A stretch of 64,000 nucleotides of DNA from an uncultured Chloroflexia bacterium (lineage in GTDB: Bacteria; Chloroflexota; Anaerolineae; Anaerolineales; UBA4823). Positions 60,580 to 64,000 of the stretch are shown here, one piece after another. The stretch lies in assembly GCA_963792075.1 (NCBI GenBank), contig CAWBUW010000002.1, positions 466,850-530,849 on the forward strand, in the 5' to 3' direction. A program made the position numbers and the translations under genes. Under the pieces are notes generated by a model. The model worked only from the letters and a program-made list of their open reading frames with translations. It was not told where the DNA came from and searched no databases. Each line of letters begins with the position of its first letter. Position 1 is the first letter of the stretch.

Positions 60580-60618
60580 AGGGTTATGTGTTTGTGCACA
60601 GCACAAACACATAACCCT
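60580..60618 (+). repeat. 18-bp perfect hairpin filling an intercistronic gap
   Basis: AGGGTTATGTGTTTGTGC aca GCACAAACACATAACCCT. Lies 2 nt after the upstream stop and 6 nt before the next SD (minus-strand sense). Confidence 0.9.
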
Positions 60619-60620
60619 GT

Positions 60621-61613
60621 TTAAACCATGTATTGATCGGGCTTGAATAATCCCGGGTTCTCCCGCACCCAGTCGATGGTGCGCGCCAGGCCCTGGCGTA
60701 AACTCACCTGAGGGGTCCAGCCCAGGCGCTCCCGCGCCAGGCGGTTATCGGAGAGCAGGCGCCTGACCTCGCTCTTCACCGGGCGCAGGCGCTCGGCCTC
60801 CACTTCGATGCGCACCGGGCGGCCGACCAGCTCCAGGATCAGGTCGGCCAGCTCGCCAATGCGCACCTCGCTGCCCACCCCCAGGTTGATCGTCTCGCCC
60901 TCGATGCCGGGCGTCTCGGCGGCTTTGAGGAACCCGGCCACGGTATCGCTGACGTAGGTCAGGTCGCGGCGGGCGTCCAGGTTGCCCAGGCGGATCACGT
61001 CCCGGGTCAGCGCCTGCGAGATGATGGTGGGGATCACGGCGCGGGCGGACTGGCGCGGGCCGTAGGTGTTGAACGGGCGCAGCGTGACCACGGGCAGGTC
61101 GTACGAGCGGTAGAAGGCCTCGGCCAGCTTATCGGCGCCGATCTTGCTGGCGGAATAGGGCGACTGCCCCTGCAGCGGGTGGTCCTCGCCGATCGGGACG
61201 CGCAGGGCGGTGCCGTACACTTCGCTGGTGGAGGTGTGCACGATGCGCTCCACGCCCGCCGCCTGGGCGGCCAGCAGCACGTTCAGCGTGCCGATCACGT
61301 TCGTTTCCACCACTTCCGCCGGGTGGCGGTACGAGTAGGGGATGGCGATCAGCGCGCCCAGGTGGAGCACGGTTTGCATGCCGGCCACGGCGCTGCGCAT
61401 GGCGGCCTGGTCACGCAGGTCGCCGGCCACCAGCTCCACCTGCGCCAGCGCTTCCGGCGGGAGCTGGTGCAGCAGCCCGGCATCGCCGCGCGAGTTGTAG
61501 CGCACAAACGCCCGCACCTGCGCCCCCTCGCCTACCAGGCGCTCCACCAGGTGCGAGCCGATGAACCCGCCCGCGCCGGTGACCAGGACCTTGCGAGATT
61601 GCCAAAATGCCAT
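60621..61613 (-). CDS. SDR-family NAD-dependent sugar epimerase/dehydratase
   Basis: VTGAGGFIGSHL and YSASKIGADKL motifs. The start is taken at MAFWQS; the ORF-track extension is repeat-encoded. Confidence 0.85.
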   Translation of the reverse strand: MAFWQSRKVLVTGAGGFIGSHLVERLVGEGAQVRAFVRYNSRGDAGLLHQLPPEALAQVELVAGDLRDQAAMRSAVAGMQTVLHLGALIAIPYSYRHPAEVVETNVIGTLNVLLAAQAAGVERIVHTSTSEVYGTALRVPIGEDHPLQGQSPYSASKIGADKLAEAFYRSYDLPVVTLRPFNTYGPRQSARAVIPTIISQALTRDVIRLGNLDARRDLTYVSDTVAGFLKAAETPGIEGETINLGVGSEVRIGELADLILELVGRPVRIEVEAERLRPVKSEVRRLLSDNRLARERLGWTPQVSLRQGLARTIDWVRENPGLFKPDQYMV

Positions 61614-61614
61614 G

Positions 61615-61806
61615 ATCTTTTCCTTTCCCCCTCCCCCCTTGGGGGAGGGCAGGTTGCGAAGCAACCGGGGTGAGGGAGAATAGACGTCCCCTCACCCCTA
61701 CCCTCTCCCCAGGCTGCGCAGCAGCCGTTGGGCGATGGGCAGGATCTTTACCCCTCCCCCGTTGGGGGAGGGCAGGTTGCGGAGCAACCGTGGGGTGATG
61801 GAGGAG
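61615..61806 (+). repeat. two ~62-nt direct copies of a GC-rich hairpin unit plus linker hairpins
   Basis: The units at 61615-61678 and 61743-61806 each contain CCCTCCCCC-N3-GGGGGAGGG, GGTTGC-N3-GCAACC and GGGGTGA.GGAG. Confidence 0.85.
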
Positions 61807-63571
61807 CTGGAGGTGCGGGCTCATTCGCTTCGCGCTGGCGCACCGAGTTGGCGTAGACGGCCTCGCGCAGGTTGCGGATCTGCTCTTGCAGCGCGGCCAG
61901 GTCGCCCCGGTAAGCGGTTTCTTCCAGCGTCTCCAGCCAGTCTTCGATGCGCATGGGGGTCAGCCTCACCAGGCACAGGTCGCAGGGCAGCGGCTCGCCG
62001 CGCGGCCGGGTGATGGCAGACGCAGGCGCGGAGGCCGTGGCGGCCTTGGCCGCTTTGCGCGCCACCTGCTCGTGCGCGTTCATGGCGTACAGCGCCGCGG
62101 CGACGTCCGGCCATAACAGCACCTGCGCCCCGGTCAGCCCGCACAGCGCCAGCAGGCGTTTGCGTTCCGCGCGGGTGATGTTGTGGATGGCAAACACCAC
62201 CACGCCCACGTCCTTCTTCTTCACCACGGAAGCGATGTCCGCCGTCCGCCCCAGCACGTTCAGGCCGCGGATGCGGCTGCCCTGCTTGTTGAGGTCGTCG
62301 TCCACGTAGCCCACGATCTCGAACATATCGGCGTAATGGCCGTGGCCGAGCTTCCAGGCGGCGTATTGGCCGGTCTCGCCGCCGCCGACGACGAGCACGC
62401 GCTCGCGCGCCAGGGGCTGCGAGCCGCGCAAGGCCAGCCAGCGCGTGGCCAGGCCGGTGACCAGCCTCCCACGGTAGCGCGTGGCGATGTACCCCAGGAG
62501 GGAGAAGGCCGCAGCCATCAGCAGCAGCCCGTCCGGCACGAAATGCCCGTAGACCGCCGTGGCTGCCAGGACGTTATTGATGATCAAGGCGATGACCGTG
62601 GCCAACACCACACCGGGCAGCAGCTCGCCCATGTCGTTGGCTCCGGCGGCTGACCAGGAGATGCGGTTGGTCCCCACCAGCACGTTGGTGAGGCTGAAGA
62701 GCAGGGCGAACAACAGGGTCGCCTGCAGCATCTGCGGCCAGCCGCGGTCCAGCGGAGCCTGCGCCCGCCAGGCCAGCGCCGTAAAGGCCACGGCTGCCGT
62801 GGTGGTCACCAGGTCCATCAGGAACCAGCGCACGTGGCGGTGCATGAGCACCTGCAGCGGCCCGCGCAGCAGGCGCACCTCATCCGGCGCCTGTCCTTGC
62901 CACGGCGCCTGCCCCAGCCGCGGCACCAGCACCAGCAGGGTCCAGAAGATGATGTCCAGGTCGGTCCAAAACGAGCGGTGGCGCACGTACAACTGGTCCA
63001 GGCGCAGCTTGCCGGGCAGGATCTCCTCCAGGTAAGTCTGCATCATATCGATGCCCTGCAGGCGGTTCTCTTCATCGTGGTACATCACCGAAGCCGGGCT
63101 GGTGATGCCCGGGCGCACCGAGAGCACCTCCGCAGCCACTTCGGCGGGCCAGTCGCGGGCAATCTCGGGGTCTTCGGGGCGGGGGCCGACCAGGCTCATC
63201 TCGCCCTTGAGCACGTTCCAAAGCTGGGGCAGCTCGTTGAGCTTGGTATCGCGCAGCCACTTGCCCAGGGGCGTAATGCGCCCGTCGTCCTGGCCCGTCA
63301 CGCGCGGCCCGGCGTAGCTGGCGGCCTCTTCGCGCATGGTGCGGAACTTGAGGATGCGGAAGACCTTGCCGCCGCGGCCCATGCGCGGCCCGCGGTAGAG
63401 CGCCGGCCCGGGCGAATCGCGCCGCACCAGCCAGGCCACCCAGAGCAAGACCGGCCAGAGCAGCAGCAGCCCGAGCAGCGCGGCCAGGACGTCGAACAGG
63501 CGCTTGACCGGCCCCTGCCCGCGCAGCAGGGGAGGAAGCAAGCCCGGACGGGTGGCGGTAGTCTCAGCCAT
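61748..63571 (-). CDS. polyprenyl-phosphate glycosyl-1-phosphate transferase with C-terminal TM and Rossmann-like extension
   Basis: The Bac_transf core (KFRTM...LNELPQLWNVLKGEMSLVGPRP) is at the N-terminus, followed by TM helices and VLVVGGGETG...VGYVDDD. Confidence 0.8.
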   Translation of the reverse strand: MAETTATRPGLLPPLLRGQGPVKRLFDVLAALLGLLLLWPVLLWVAWLVRRDSPGPALYRGPRMGRGGKVFRILKFRTMREEAASYAGPRVTGQDDGRITPLGKWLRDTKLNELPQLWNVLKGEMSLVGPRPEDPEIARDWPAEVAAEVLSVRPGITSPASVMYHDEENRLQGIDMMQTYLEEILPGKLRLDQLYVRHRSFWTDLDIIFWTLLVLVPRLGQAPWQGQAPDEVRLLRGPLQVLMHRHVRWFLMDLVTTTAAVAFTALAWRAQAPLDRGWPQMLQATLLFALLFSLTNVLVGTNRISWSAAGANDMGELLPGVVLATVIALIINNVLAATAVYGHFVPDGLLLMAAAFSLLGYIATRYRGRLVTGLATRWLALRGSQPLARERVLVVGGGETGQYAAWKLGHGHYADMFEIVGYVDDDLNKQGSRIRGLNVLGRTADIASVVKKKDVGVVVFAIHNITRAERKRLLALCGLTGAQVLLWPDVAAALYAMNAHEQVARKAAKAATASAPASAITRPRGEPLPCDLCLVRLTPMRIEDWLETLEETAYRGDLAALQEQIRNLREAVYANSVRQREANEPAPPAPPSPHGCSATCPPPTGEG

Positions 63572-63589
63572 AGGCGCAGCTTTCACTCA

Positions 63590-63630
63590 CCCTTCCCCCA
63601 TTGGGGGAAGGGCCGGGGATGAGGGAGGGG
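63590..63630 (+). repeat. third copy of the GC-rich hairpin unit
   Basis: CCCTTCCCCC att GGGGGAAGGG followed by CCGGGGATGAGGGAGGGG. Confidence 0.8.
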
Positions 63631-63682
63631 ATAAAATGATTGCAGCACGGATGTTCTGCTCGCATAAGAGGCGAAAGATAAT

Positions 63683-64000
63683 CTAAGGTTGGATGGCGGC
63701 GAAATAGTGGGTATTGAACAGGCCCAGCTTTTCGAGCGCAGCGCACAGCAGCCAGGAGATTGGCACGAGCCGCCTGGCGATCGGCGGCGCCAGCGTAATC
63801 TTGTGCAGCTCCACCTGGCAGCCGGCAAACAAGCGCCGGATCTCTGCCGGGCGGATGCCGCGCGTTTGGGGGTTGGTAGGGTTCAGCCAAAAATCGTACC
63901 ACAGGATCAGTCCGCCGGGGCGCAGCACGCGTATCATCTCAGTCGCCAAATCTTGCTTGATTGGGTCGGAGAGGATGGATGAAAATACGGTGTACTGCAT
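63683..64000 (-). CDS. class I SAM methyltransferase, C-terminal part (runs off the window)
   Basis: LRPGGLILWYDFW motif region. The ORF is open to the window edge. Confidence 0.6.
   Translation of the reverse strand: MQYTVFSSILSDPIKQDLATEMIRVLRPGGLILWYDFWLNPTNPQTRGIRPAEIRRLFAGCQVELHKITLAPPIARRLVPISWLLCAALEKLGLFNTHYFAAIQP

Noticed and set aside
56320-61806. Whether the recurring hairpins or GC-rich units could be a degenerate CRISPR array
   Set aside because: The repeats differ in sequence, are separated by whole genes rather than by uniform 25-40-bp spacers, and no cas genes are present.

Overview
This is a 64-kb chromosomal window from a bacterium with roughly 60 percent GC (estimated by eye). 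Gene content suggests a Chloroflexota/Anaerolineae-like monoderm, but that is only a guess. I found no rRNA, tRNA, CRISPR array, transposase, integrase, reverse transcriptase or phage genes.

The region 1-32.6 kb is mostly housekeeping:
- a pdhA-pdhB-E2 operon and a tgt-uppP-lipoprotein operon
- a class III aminotransferase, a GAF/PAS histidine kinase and a CpXC protein
- an FHA plus winged-helix regulator divergent from a Ser/Thr kinase
- a membrane-anchored GH3, a lone CoA-transferase B subunit, a PLP dehydratase, a GDPD and an AAA+ ATPase
- an AT-richer three-gene glycosylation islet
- recJ, a ROK kinase and yvcK-gap-pgk-tpiA

The region 32.6-64 kb is one large surface-glycan locus. It is headed by a NusG/RfaH-like paralog. 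It is rich in nucleotide-sugar enzymes (gmd x2, fcl, rfbB, ugd, wecB, wecC, epimerases, a DegT aminotransferase, an NDP-sugar pyrophosphorylase). It also encodes a Wzy/O-antigen-ligase-like protein, a flippase-like UPF0104 protein, a TagA-type GT26, two GT-C-like membrane proteins, a BY-kinase, an LMW-PTP, a lipoprotein glycoside hydrolase, an ECF sigma/anti-sigma pair and a phosphoglycosyl transferase with an unusual domain order.

The most interesting signal is non-genic:
- Two MITE-like palindromic element families carry 8-bp flanking duplications. Family 1 shows compensated stem changes and sits in the gap-pgk spacer.
- Many 13-22-bp perfect or near-perfect hairpins without U-tracts lie at cistron junctions.
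- CCCTCCCCC/GGGGGAGGG repeat units flank the transferase gene.
- TGnTATAAT promoters are positioned for leaderless mRNAs.

Seven, possibly eight, genes are frame-disrupted. Most breaks lie at homopolymers and each is fixed by one base, which most likely reflects consensus indel errors. All product calls come from motif recognition in the supplied translations; no database search was possible.
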